From a bacterium (lineage in GTDB: Bacteria; Krumholzibacteriota; Krumholzibacteriia; G020349025), in contig JANLSU010000082.1 of assembly GCA_031362565.1 (NCBI GenBank), positions 1 to 56,263 of the forward strand: 56,263 nucleotides of DNA. Direction: 5' to 3'. The notes beneath the pieces are model-generated. The model did no database searches. It saw only the letters and a program-made list of their open reading frames with translations, and had not been told where the DNA came from. Positions 1 through 8,416 of this stretch are shown in pieces; position 1 is the stretch's first letter; each line of letters opens with the position of its first letter. The translations under genes and the position numbers were made by a program.

Positions 1-186
1 ACCTGCCCATCGTCTTGGCCTCAGGACTTGTCGATGTACCGGTCAGCGTGCCATGGTGGAATGGACGGGCGCTCCGCATCACAGGCTGACGAAAACCGGC
101 CCGTGTTAGGCGAATTCCGGTCCGTGGAAATCCAGGCTAGGGCTCGTGTGCGGATTGGCGAAACGACGTCGGCGCGCTTTGATGTC

Positions 187-1323
187 TCAGGGCTTGCGCT
201 GTACACGACCGGAGGCATTCCGACCGAAGAGCTGCTTGGCGCGCGACCACGTGAGCGGTGCGACCGCCGTTGGCACATCGGCATAGCGATAGACACCACG
301 GTCTGTCGCCACGAAGAGCCAGTCCTCGCTCGGGCGCTCGACGAGAAGCAGTTCGAAGACCCCGAATTGGAGCGGTGCTGGTTGCACCACCGCCGACCAC
401 GACTGCCCTTCGTCATCGCTCACGTAGAGCACAAGGCCGCGCGAATCGGCTGGACGATTCCCGCCCGCGGCGTAGATTCGCAACGGCAGTCGAGAGCGGA
501 TTGCCATCCCGCCAAGATACAAACCTCGATTGGGCGAAGTCACTTCCTGCCACGCGTCGCCGCCATTGAGTGTCCTCATGACACGCCCCTCCATGCCGAC
601 GTAGACAACCTGCGGGTCTACTGGATGAAACGCCAGGGCATCGCAGGCGTTGTCCCCGCCGGCCTGCAAGTGTATCGCTCGCCACGTGTCCCCGAAGTCG
701 GCGGACCTGAGCATGACGGGCGAGAAAATCGCCGTCTCGCCACCGGCCCACACTTGCCCGGGCGCCGCGGGGCTCGCTCGCAGAACATTGACGACGTTGC
801 CCCGCCTGACCTGCCGCCAATGGACGCCATCATCGGTCGATTTCTCGATCGCCGATCCCCCGGAGACGCCGAGAAGAACGCGCGTCGTCGCGCCAAGCAA
901 CACAAGGTCGGAGACCGATGAACTCCATGTGGCGCCAAAGCCGTTCTGGTACGGCCACCAGCTGGCTCCCGCGTCGGGGCTCCGATACAGCGACACGGTG
1001 TCCGATTCCGATTCCGATTCCGTCAGACGGAGACCGACAAGGAGGGACTCGGGACTTGCGGCCCACACGGCGTGGACCTGCCGGCCGGCGAGTCCAAGTG
1101 GTGTCCAGAGGGTGTCGGCGGATGCGAGTTCCTTGCGGTAGAGGTCATCATTGGTGCAGGCATAGAGGAAATCCCCATGCACGCGCAATCGTGCAACTTG
1201 TCGGCTCCCCAACCCAAGATAGGTCCAGCGTGATGCCGGTTCCAGTCGCGGCGCATTCGGTGCCGCCACAACCGCGGACGTGACCACCGAGAGGGTCGCC
1301 GCGACCGCACCTGCGATCCACAT
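187..1323 (-). CDS. Exported BNR/Asp-box (VPS10-like) beta-propeller protein with short C-terminal TWSxxKxLF tail
   Basis: Signal peptide; repeated S-x-D-x-G-x-x-W boxes (RSPDAGASW, KSTDDGVHW, RSADFGDTW, RTLNGGDAW, VSDDEGQSW); GAGG RBS; tail VPTAVAPLTWSRAKQLF. Confidence 0.75.
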   Translation of the reverse strand: MWIAGAVAATLSVVTSAVVAAPNAPRLEPASRWTYLGLGSRQVARLRVHGDFLYACTNDDLYRKELASADTLWTPLGLAGRQVHAVWAASPESLLVGLRLTESESESDTVSLYRSPDAGASWWPYQNGFGATWSSSVSDLVLLGATTRVLLGVSGGSAIEKSTDDGVHWRQVRRGNVVNVLRASPAAPGQVWAGGETAIFSPVMLRSADFGDTWRAIHLQAGGDNACDALAFHPVDPQVVYVGMEGRVMRTLNGGDAWQEVTSPNRGLYLGGMAIRSRLPLRIYAAGGNRPADSRGLVLYVSDDEGQSWSAVVQPAPLQFGVFELLLVERPSEDWLFVATDRGVYRYADVPTAVAPLTWSRAKQLFGRNASGRVQRKP

Positions 1324-1501
1324 GGGTTACCTCGCTTCCGTCGTACGATCTCAGGCTAGCACCGATCCGTGACAGGATTCAACGCGATCACGGCTGCGAT
1401 CGGCTTGATCGCGGGCCACGGAGCGGTGCAGCAATCGAAGAGTTGAGAGTCCTCGCAGGCCAGTCGTAAACTCCTCGACATGTCCGAAGGAGGACCGGGC
1501 C

Positions 1502-2233
1502 GTGCTTCCGACGACCAACATCCGTGACGTCCGCTCCAGGCTCGCCAATGCACGCTCCGTCACGGTTCTGACCGGCGCCGGCATCTCGGCCGACAGCGGT
1601 GTGCCGACCTTCCGCGGCCAGGATGGCTTGTGGCGGAACTTCCGTGCCGAAGCGCTCGCGACGCCGGAGGCCTTCGAGCATGATCCGCGGCTCGTGTGGG
1701 AGTGGTATGACTGGCGGCGCGGCCTCGTCGCCACGAAAGCACCCAATCCGGCACACGTCGCCGTCGCCCGAATGGAAGAAATGTTCGAGCGCTTCTGGCT
1801 CCTCACGCAAAACGTCGATGGACTGCATCGCGCTGCCGGTTCCAAACGTCTATCGGAGATTCATGGGAGCCTGTGGCGGACACGCTGCACGCGTTGCGGC
1901 CGGGTCGCGGAGAACCATGACGTGCCGATCGCAATCCTGCCGGCCTGTTCCGAATGCGACGCGCTCGTACGTCCCGCCGTCGTGTGGTTCGGTGAGGCGC
2001 TTGCGGCCGAAGACTTAACGCAGTGCCGCGATGCGCTCTCCGCCTGCGACGTGCTCCTCGTCATCGGCACGTCCGGCGCCGTCTATCCGGCGGCTTCGTT
2101 CGCAGCGCTTGCGAAATCGGCGGGCGCATTCGTCGTCGAGATCAATGTCGACCTGGCGCCACCGAAGAGCGGCTTCGATGCGGCGCTCGTCGGCCGCGCC
2201 AAGGACATCGTCCCCCAGCTCCTACCGGAATAG
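1502..2233 (+). CDS. cobB: NAD-dependent protein deacylase (sirtuin, class III)
   Basis: GAGISADSGVPTFRG, TQNVDGLH, HGSL, CxxC..CxxC Zn site, RPAVVWFGE, GTSGAVYPAA; WYDWRR has the Y-x-x-R succinyl-binding pair; GGAGG RBS before GTG. Confidence 0.95.
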   Translation: MLPTTNIRDVRSRLANARSVTVLTGAGISADSGVPTFRGQDGLWRNFRAEALATPEAFEHDPRLVWEWYDWRRGLVATKAPNPAHVAVARMEEMFERFWLLTQNVDGLHRAAGSKRLSEIHGSLWRTRCTRCGRVAENHDVPIAILPACSECDALVRPAVVWFGEALAAEDLTQCRDALSACDVLLVIGTSGAVYPAASFAALAKSAGAFVVEINVDLAPPKSGFDAALVGRAKDIVPQLLPE

Positions 2234-2348
2234 AACATTACGTTCTGTTCAGCGTTGTCGATGCGAAAGGATTGCGCCCAAGCGGCGCCGAGGGTCTACA
2301 CTGCGCCCCGGGGGGGCAATGGTCACACTTTCCCCTTTGGGAGGAACC

Positions 2349-2945
2349 TTGCGACATCGGATCTCCATTCTCGCCTGCAGTCTCGCTCTGTGCGCTGTCT
2401 TTGCGAACTCCGCGCAGGCGGTGGGCACTCTCGGGGCGCGCTTCGGCGCATCGATTGCCAAGGCCTCGCTCGACAACGTCCAGCAGAACTTCGATTCGGC
2501 CAACCGGACCGGATTCGCCGGCACGGTGTTTCTCGACTTGGGACTGGGGCTCTTCAGCCTGCAGCCCGAGGCGAGCTACATTCAGAAGGGTGCCAAGGAC
2601 GCGACCACGGGCACCGTCATCAAGCTCGACTACATCGAGCTGGCGGCGCTGATCAAGGCCGGATTGCCACTCCCGACCATCCAGCCGCACGTGTTCGTCG
2701 GCCTCGGTGCCGATTACGCCACGAAGAACGACTTCACTGTCAGCAACATCGATTTCTCGACGAAGAACGCCGACTGGACGGTGCCCATCGGCGTCGATCT
2801 CAAGCTGGCGCTCGGCAAAATGGCGCTCTACGCCGACGCGCGATACGCGATCGGCCTGACCGACGTCAGCAAGGGAACCGGAAACGTCACGAATCTGAAG
2901 AACCGGGCGTGGATCTTGTCCGCCGGCATCGGCACATCGTTCTAA
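2349..2945 (+). CDS. Outer-membrane beta-barrel, porin/PorT-like family
   Basis: TTG start after GGAGG; signal peptide ending AQA; QPEASYIQKG, LDYIEL, DARYAIGL; terminal Phe. Confidence 0.75.
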   Translation: MRHRISILACSLALCAVFANSAQAVGTLGARFGASIAKASLDNVQQNFDSANRTGFAGTVFLDLGLGLFSLQPEASYIQKGAKDATTGTVIKLDYIELAALIKAGLPLPTIQPHVFVGLGADYATKNDFTVSNIDFSTKNADWTVPIGVDLKLALGKMALYADARYAIGLTDVSKGTGNVTNLKNRAWILSAGIGTSF

Positions 2946-3017
2946 GCGTGCTGCCGGGGCAAGAGAAAAGGGGCCAAGCCCAAATCGTCGCCAGGCTCGA
3001 CGTGACAAAATATGCGC

Positions 3018-3051
3018 GAAAGCAGAAAAAGTTGCGACTTTTTGTGCTTTC
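3018..3051. repeat. AT-rich 15-bp inverted repeat (operator or bidirectional terminator)
   Basis: GAAAGCAGAAAAAGT-TGCG-ACTTTTTGTGCTTTC, one mismatch, between convergent genes. Confidence 0.7.
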
Positions 3052-3134
3052 CGGTAGGAACCGCAACTTCGTCGAGAACGGTGTCCGTTGCGTTCCAGCG
3101 CATCGTTTCCTCGCAGCTCTCGTCTGAAACCCGT

Positions 3135-4130
3135 TCAGCGCAAGAGCGGAATCCGGCGCTGATACGTGTGTTTGCTGACGACGAGATTCGCAAAGTAGAC
3201 CCCCGAGGCGACCTTCGTGCCCGACTCGGTGCGCCCGTCCCAGGCGGTTGCGTGGCGGCCGGCCGCCTCGGTGACACCGGCGGCGAGGCGGCGTACGAGT
3301 CGACCCGTCGCGTCATGGATCGAAAGCGAGACGCGCGCCGAACGCGGCAGTGAATAACTCAGAGAAACCGGCGCCGACGCGCGCGCGGGAGAAGGCGCCG
3401 GCGGTGCGAACCACACCGCTTCGGCGCTCGCCCCGGTGATATCGGTAGTCACTGGGGTGTAGTCGATGGTGAGGCTCGGGGGTATGAAACCTTCGCGCGA
3501 ATAGAACTTCTTGACGGTGGATGTGGTGGTTTCGTCGCCCTTTAGCAGCCAGCCGAAGTTCGATGCCGCGTTGTCGACCCAGAACTGCACGTCGGCGACG
3601 AGCCCCGCACCCGTCCACACGTACGGACCAGTGCCGGTCACCGATTGCGAGGCGCTTGGTTGAGCGGCGAACTCGCCGCCGGCCGTCGCCCATGCAAGCG
3701 TACTGAAGAACCGAAACTCCCACGTGGCATCGCCGGACAACGCCACGGCACCGGATCCGGAGCCCGAGGAACCCGCTTCGCCCCAATCGGCACTCGCGCG
3801 ATGCAGCGTCACGGTTCGGGCGGCCGCATCGGGTGACTGAGCCATCTCGAGGCTCAACGTGACGGCATTGATCGTGGAGCCCACAGGAATGGATGACGGG
3901 TCGAAAGCCAGCATCCCCCGGCGCTGCGTACCAGCGCCGAAGGAACCGACTCTGCCCACATAGATCCCGTCGCCCACGCCGTTGCTGTTGCCCACAGGCG
4001 TCTCGATGAGCGTGTTGTCCTTGGACGGAGCGAGATTTGCAGTCGCGGCCGCCGCGCCGCTTGCGATCGACAGCGATACAGCAATGAACAAACCCGTGAG
4101 GATGCTTCGACAGCGGATGGAGAATGTCAT
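3135..4130 (-). CDS. Exported DNRLRE-domain protein with C-terminal FlgD-Ig/T9SS-like domain
   Basis: Signal peptide; KDNTL..SNG..GR..RRGMLAFD pattern; C-terminal HDATGRLVRRL..WDGRTESGTKVASGVYF. Confidence 0.75.
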   Translation of the reverse strand: MTFSIRCRSILTGLFIAVSLSIASGAAAATANLAPSKDNTLIETPVGNSNGVGDGIYVGRVGSFGAGTQRRGMLAFDPSSIPVGSTINAVTLSLEMAQSPDAAARTVTLHRASADWGEAGSSGSGSGAVALSGDATWEFRFFSTLAWATAGGEFAAQPSASQSVTGTGPYVWTGAGLVADVQFWVDNAASNFGWLLKGDETTTSTVKKFYSREGFIPPSLTIDYTPVTTDITGASAEAVWFAPPAPSPARASAPVSLSYSLPRSARVSLSIHDATGRLVRRLAAGVTEAAGRHATAWDGRTESGTKVASGVYFANLVVSKHTYQRRIPLLR

Positions 4131-4190
4131 AACACGGCTCCCCTAGCAGATGAGAGACGGCAACTCGAAGACGGATGTCGTGACAGGTCG

Positions 4191-6164
4191 CTACCGAGCG
4201 AGTACCACTCGCTGGCTGCGGACGATGCCGTTCGAGCGCAGTTCGACGAAATAGACTCCCGCGGCGACCGTGCCGCGCGCGGCGATGCCGTTCCACGACA
4301 GACGATGCCGGCCCGCTGCGCGTCGTCCGGTCGCGAGTGTCGCCACGACTCTCCCACGCGAATCGACGAGCCGCAGGCTCGTCGCACCCGCGCGCGGCAG
4401 AGCAAACTCCACCTCGAAGGGGCCGGTGCTTGGGTTGGGCGTGATGCGCGCGATCGCGGGCGACAGCAACACCTCTCCCGCCGTAATCGCGATCGCCCGG
4501 AAGGCGGTCATGCGGCCCGACCGGTCCACCCCGGACAAACGGTAGTAATAGGTGGTGCGGGCCAAAACGTTTCGGTCCAGCGCCTCCTCCCCGTCCGCGT
4601 TTCCACCCCGCTCGGTCGCGATTTCGATCCACGCCCCGTCTGCGACTTCCGACCGCTCGACCCGCACCGAGACGAACTCGGAGGGATCCCGGAAACGCCA
4701 GCGCAGGCGGATGCCGTCCGCCTCCGCGGTGCATCCGAAGTCGGAGAGAACGGTAGCGACGGTCGCACTGGCGGCAAACTTGTAAACAATGCCGCCGGTG
4801 CCGTTCGCCGGAGTGTTCGTCACCATGGCATACAACTCGCCGCTGGCGTCCTCGCCGAAGCCATGCACGGTGAGACCGTTCGGTAGCTGATCATTGGGGA
4901 ACTGTGGCAGGAGAAACTCGAAGATCTCTCCACTCGCCAAGTCGGCGTAGAAGAGACGGCCGTCCACCCGTGGTGGCGCGTTCCGGATCGCCAGGTCACC
5001 GAAGACGTACTTGCCGAACAGTGCCGGGATTGCAGCACCGCGATAAACGAAACCACCGGTAATGGAAATGCCGTCGCTGTGATCGTACTCCAGCGTTCCC
5101 TGTGGACCGGACAGCGGGTCGATCAGCCCCGCGGGAAGGCCCGGGCTACGAACTCCAATGGTCCCACTAATGCGGTTGAAGAGGAAGTCGCCTTCCTTGA
5201 CCGCCCATCCGAAGTTGCCGCCAAGAACAATTCGGTCGATCTCCTCGATGTTGTTTTGACCCACATCAGCCTGGATCAAATCGCCGTTGCTGCGGTCGAA
5301 GCTGAAACGGTAGGGATTGCGCAGGCCGTAGGCGTAGATCTCCGGCACTTGACCTGCTCCCTGAAACGGGTTTGTGACCGGAATACGGTACTGACCGTTA
5401 CTGCTGATGGGGTCGAGGCTCGCCGGCGTCAGCGCGGGGTTCACCGGGTCGAACCGCAGCATCTTCCCGAGTGGGGTGCTTAGATTTTGGGCATTGCCGC
5501 CCGGCTCGATATGGCTCGGACCCACGTCGTTGGCATTGCCGCCGTCGCCCAGGGCCAAATAGAGATAGCCGTCCGGACCGAAAGCAATCGTACCGCCGTT
5601 GTGGTTCGCGGCGTTCTTGCCAAACGAAATGATTTCGCGCCGCGAACTCGCGTCGACCTGGTTGGGGTCCGCGACGCTGATCTTCCACTCCGCAACCACA
5701 TTCTTGTAGTTTTGCACCGCGTTGTTCGGAGCCACATAGGTTGGGGACGTCGCGACCGGGATGGGTTCGCTGTGGTAGGTATAGAGCGTCCCGAATCCGG
5801 CGTTGCCCGGCGTGTTGAAGCCGGGATGGAATGCCAGCCCGAGCAGACCACGTTCGTCGTTGGCGTTCGCCGGATTGAGTGGCGGCGCGACCCGGGTTCG
5901 AATGTCGAGCACGGGTGTGGGCAGCAGGACGCCATTCTGAATCAGCCGCACAAGGCCGTTTTGCTCCACGACGAAGAGGCGGTTCAAGTCGCCCGGTGGA
6001 CTGATTCCATAGTCCGGGGCAGAAATGCCGGTTGCGACCGGCTCGAGGGCCACGGCAATGGCGCCATGTTGGATATCCGGCAAGGGACCGACTTGCTGTG
6101 CCATGGCATGTGAAGCAAGCAGCAGCGCAGCGAGGCTGGAGATGTAAGCCTTCTTCCACAACAT
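4191..6164 (-). CDS. PQQ-dependent sugar dehydrogenase (glucose/sorbosone family) with C-terminal sorting domain
   Basis: ERGLLGLAFHP, NHNGGTIAFGPDGYLY, YAYGLRNPYRFSFD, DVGQN, SITGGFVYRG; C-terminal PNPS..DSRGRVVATL..WNG..GVYF; ATG 6164 with GGAG RBS. Confidence 0.88.
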   Translation of the reverse strand: MLWKKAYISSLAALLLASHAMAQQVGPLPDIQHGAIAVALEPVATGISAPDYGISPPGDLNRLFVVEQNGLVRLIQNGVLLPTPVLDIRTRVAPPLNPANANDERGLLGLAFHPGFNTPGNAGFGTLYTYHSEPIPVATSPTYVAPNNAVQNYKNVVAEWKISVADPNQVDASSRREIISFGKNAANHNGGTIAFGPDGYLYLALGDGGNANDVGPSHIEPGGNAQNLSTPLGKMLRFDPVNPALTPASLDPISSNGQYRIPVTNPFQGAGQVPEIYAYGLRNPYRFSFDRSNGDLIQADVGQNNIEEIDRIVLGGNFGWAVKEGDFLFNRISGTIGVRSPGLPAGLIDPLSGPQGTLEYDHSDGISITGGFVYRGAAIPALFGKYVFGDLAIRNAPPRVDGRLFYADLASGEIFEFLLPQFPNDQLPNGLTVHGFGEDASGELYAMVTNTPANGTGGIVYKFAASATVATVLSDFGCTAEADGIRLRWRFRDPSEFVSVRVERSEVADGAWIEIATERGGNADGEEALDRNVLARTTYYYRLSGVDRSGRMTAFRAIAITAGEVLLSPAIARITPNPSTGPFEVEFALPRAGATSLRLVDSRGRVVATLATGRRAAGRHRLSWNGIAARGTVAAGVYFVELRSNGIVRSQRVVLAR

Positions 6165-6381
6165 GAGGTTGTCTCCCTGTTGACGTATGGCGCACGGAGC
6201 GACCCGAGAGGAGGGCTTTCGTACGTGCGAGCCGCGACTGTACTCCCGGCCTGACACCTCGGTCCAGTGGAATTCGCGCTCCTGACGGCGTAGTGTCGTA
6301 CACACTCCGCACGTCGCCACCCGATTCAGAAGATTCTGCGGTATCAGGCTGCGGCGCGTTTGGGGTCGCCGCGTGCGGGCG

Positions 6382-7326
6382 TTAGATCACTCCCAGTACC
6401 GACTCGACATCGGAGCGATGCGGGAGTGATGGCGCGGCTCCCCGCCCCTGTACGCAGAGGGACGCCGCAACATTGGCATAGTGCAGCGATTGCGAGAGCG
6501 CGTCGCCCGCGATCCAGCGCGCCGCGAGCGCACCGACAAAACAGTCGCCTGCACCGGTCGGGTCGACCGCCCGCACTCTACGGGCTGGCATCAGTTGACG
6601 CGTGCCGGCGTGCACGGCGACTGCGCCGCGCTCCCCCAGCGTCACGACGACCACCTGATCGGCTCGCACCTGCAGAGTCTGCGCCGCGGCCTGAACTGCA
6701 CCCACATCGTCCGGATCGAGGGCCGGGATCCCGGCAAGCAATGCGGCCTCGGTTTCGTTCAGGACCAGGATGTCGGTGATTTCGAGCAAGTGCGCTGGAC
6801 AAGATTGCGCGGGTGACGGATTGAGCAGGGTTGTGGCGCCCTGTTGCTTGCCGTGCTCGAAGAAGGCCTGCACCGTGGCGAGCGGGATCTCGAGTTGGCT
6901 GACGAGAATGTCCCCGGGAGAAACCGCGACGCGGCGGACGGCCTCCGGTCCGAGGCATGCGTTTGCGCCCGGCACGACAACGATCGTGTTTTGTGCGCTC
7001 GCATCAATGATGATGCAGCCGATCCCAGTCGCGCCCGCCGTTCGCCCGAGATGCGTCACGTCGATGGCTTCGGAGCGCAAGAAGGCGGCGAGTGAATCGC
7101 CGAAGGCATCTTCCCCGAGCATCGCCACCAAGGATGTGGGGGCCCCGAGCCGCGCTGCCGCCACGGCTTGATTGGCGCCCTTGCCACCGGGGAAGGTTTG
7201 GAATGTCTCGCCGAGCACCGTCTCCCCGGCGCGCGGATGCCGGGCCGCGTGCACGACGAGATCCATGTTGACGCTGCCGGCGACGACCACCCGCCGTGCC
7301 GAACGGTCCGCGTTCATGTGCCCCAC
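6382..7326 (-). CDS. rbsK: Ribokinase
   Basis: GSVNMD, GGKGANQAVAAARLG, NETEA, DPTGAGDCFVG; start 7326 or 7317. Confidence 0.95.
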   Translation of the reverse strand: MGHMNADRSARRVVVAGSVNMDLVVHAARHPRAGETVLGETFQTFPGGKGANQAVAAARLGAPTSLVAMLGEDAFGDSLAAFLRSEAIDVTHLGRTAGATGIGCIIIDASAQNTIVVVPGANACLGPEAVRRVAVSPGDILVSQLEIPLATVQAFFEHGKQQGATTLLNPSPAQSCPAHLLEITDILVLNETEAALLAGIPALDPDDVGAVQAAAQTLQVRADQVVVVTLGERGAVAVHAGTRQLMPARRVRAVDPTGAGDCFVGALAARWIAGDALSQSLHYANVAASLCVQGRGAAPSLPHRSDVESVLGVI

Positions 7327-7434
7327 CTCCGGCGGCGTGGGATGCTACCATGCGCCACATTCTGCCGGCTGCGCACCGCGGCCGCTGGTCTCGGGACGCG
7401 CGTCTTCGCAAACCGCATTCCGTGGAGCGTAAAC

Positions 7435-8403
7435 ATCCCTCGCACCTTCCTCATCGACACCGACACGGCATCGGACGACGCCGTGGCCATCTTGATGGCG
7501 CTGCGCTGGCCCGATGTCGAGGTCGCGGCCATCACGATCGTCGCCGGCAACATGCCGCTCGAGCGCGGCGCTCGCAACGCGCTCTACACGGCAGAGCTGT
7601 GCGGGTCGAACGTCCCCGTGTACCTCGGCGCCGCGAAACCGCTCCAGCGCGACAACTGCCATGCCGAATGGTTCCACGGCGACGACGGCATGGGCAACAT
7701 GCACTATCCGCCGCCCGTGCGCCGCCCGGCGACGAAACACGCCGTCGACGCGATCCTCGACACGGTGTGCAGCCACCCCGGACTGACGCTCGTCTCCTTG
7801 GGACCCTTGACCAACCTCGCGCTCGCAGTGGAGCGCAACCCCGGCTTCGTACGCAACGTCGGCCGCGCCGTCGTCATGGGCGGCGCCGCGTGCACGGTCG
7901 GCAACGTTACGCCCGCCGCCGAGTACAACATCTGGGTCGATCCGGAGGCCGCACGCATCGTCTTCCGCTCCGGCTTGGCCGTCGAGATGGTGGGCTGGGA
8001 GCTGTCGCGCGGCGCTGCGAACCTGCTCGAGGACGACATCGAAACGATCCGCGGACTCGAGAACGACCTGGCGCGTTTCGTTCTCGACAGCAACCGGGTC
8101 GTCATGCGCTCGACCCGCGAACAAAGCGGCGACCCGGGCCTGGGCCTCCCCGATCCGGTGGCGATGGCGGTGGCACTCGACCCAGCCGTCTGCACCTCGA
8201 AGAGCCGCCACCACGTCGAAATCGAAACCACGAGCGAACTGACACGCGGCATGACCGTAGTGGACCGCTTGGGACGCGCCGGTGACGCCATGAACAAGGC
8301 AGCATGGGGCGACCTGGCCGGCTCCCCGCCGAACGTCACCGTCTGCTGGGAAATCGATGCTGCGCGGTGGAAGCAAGATCTTCTCAGCGTGCTGCGGACG
8401 TAG
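7435..8403 (+). CDS. Inosine/uridine-preferring nucleoside hydrolase (start uncertain: ATC 7435 or ATG 7342)
   Basis: IDTDTASDD, HGDDGMG, LGPLTNLA, GNVTPAAEYNIWVDPEAA, PDPVAMA, TRGMTVVD. Confidence 0.92.
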   Translation: MPRTFLIDTDTASDDAVAILMALRWPDVEVAAITIVAGNMPLERGARNALYTAELCGSNVPVYLGAAKPLQRDNCHAEWFHGDDGMGNMHYPPPVRRPATKHAVDAILDTVCSHPGLTLVSLGPLTNLALAVERNPGFVRNVGRAVVMGGAACTVGNVTPAAEYNIWVDPEAARIVFRSGLAVEMVGWELSRGAANLLEDDIETIRGLENDLARFVLDSNRVVMRSTREQSGDPGLGLPDPVAMAVALDPAVCTSKSRHHVEIETTSELTRGMTVVDRLGRAGDAMNKAAWGDLAGSPPNVTVCWEIDAARWKQDLLSVLRT

Positions 8404-8416
8404 TCTGGAGTCGGCC

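Noticed and set aside
1001..1022. (TCCGAT)3 microsatellite
   Set aside because: Short and in-frame (ESESES); no phase-variation potential.
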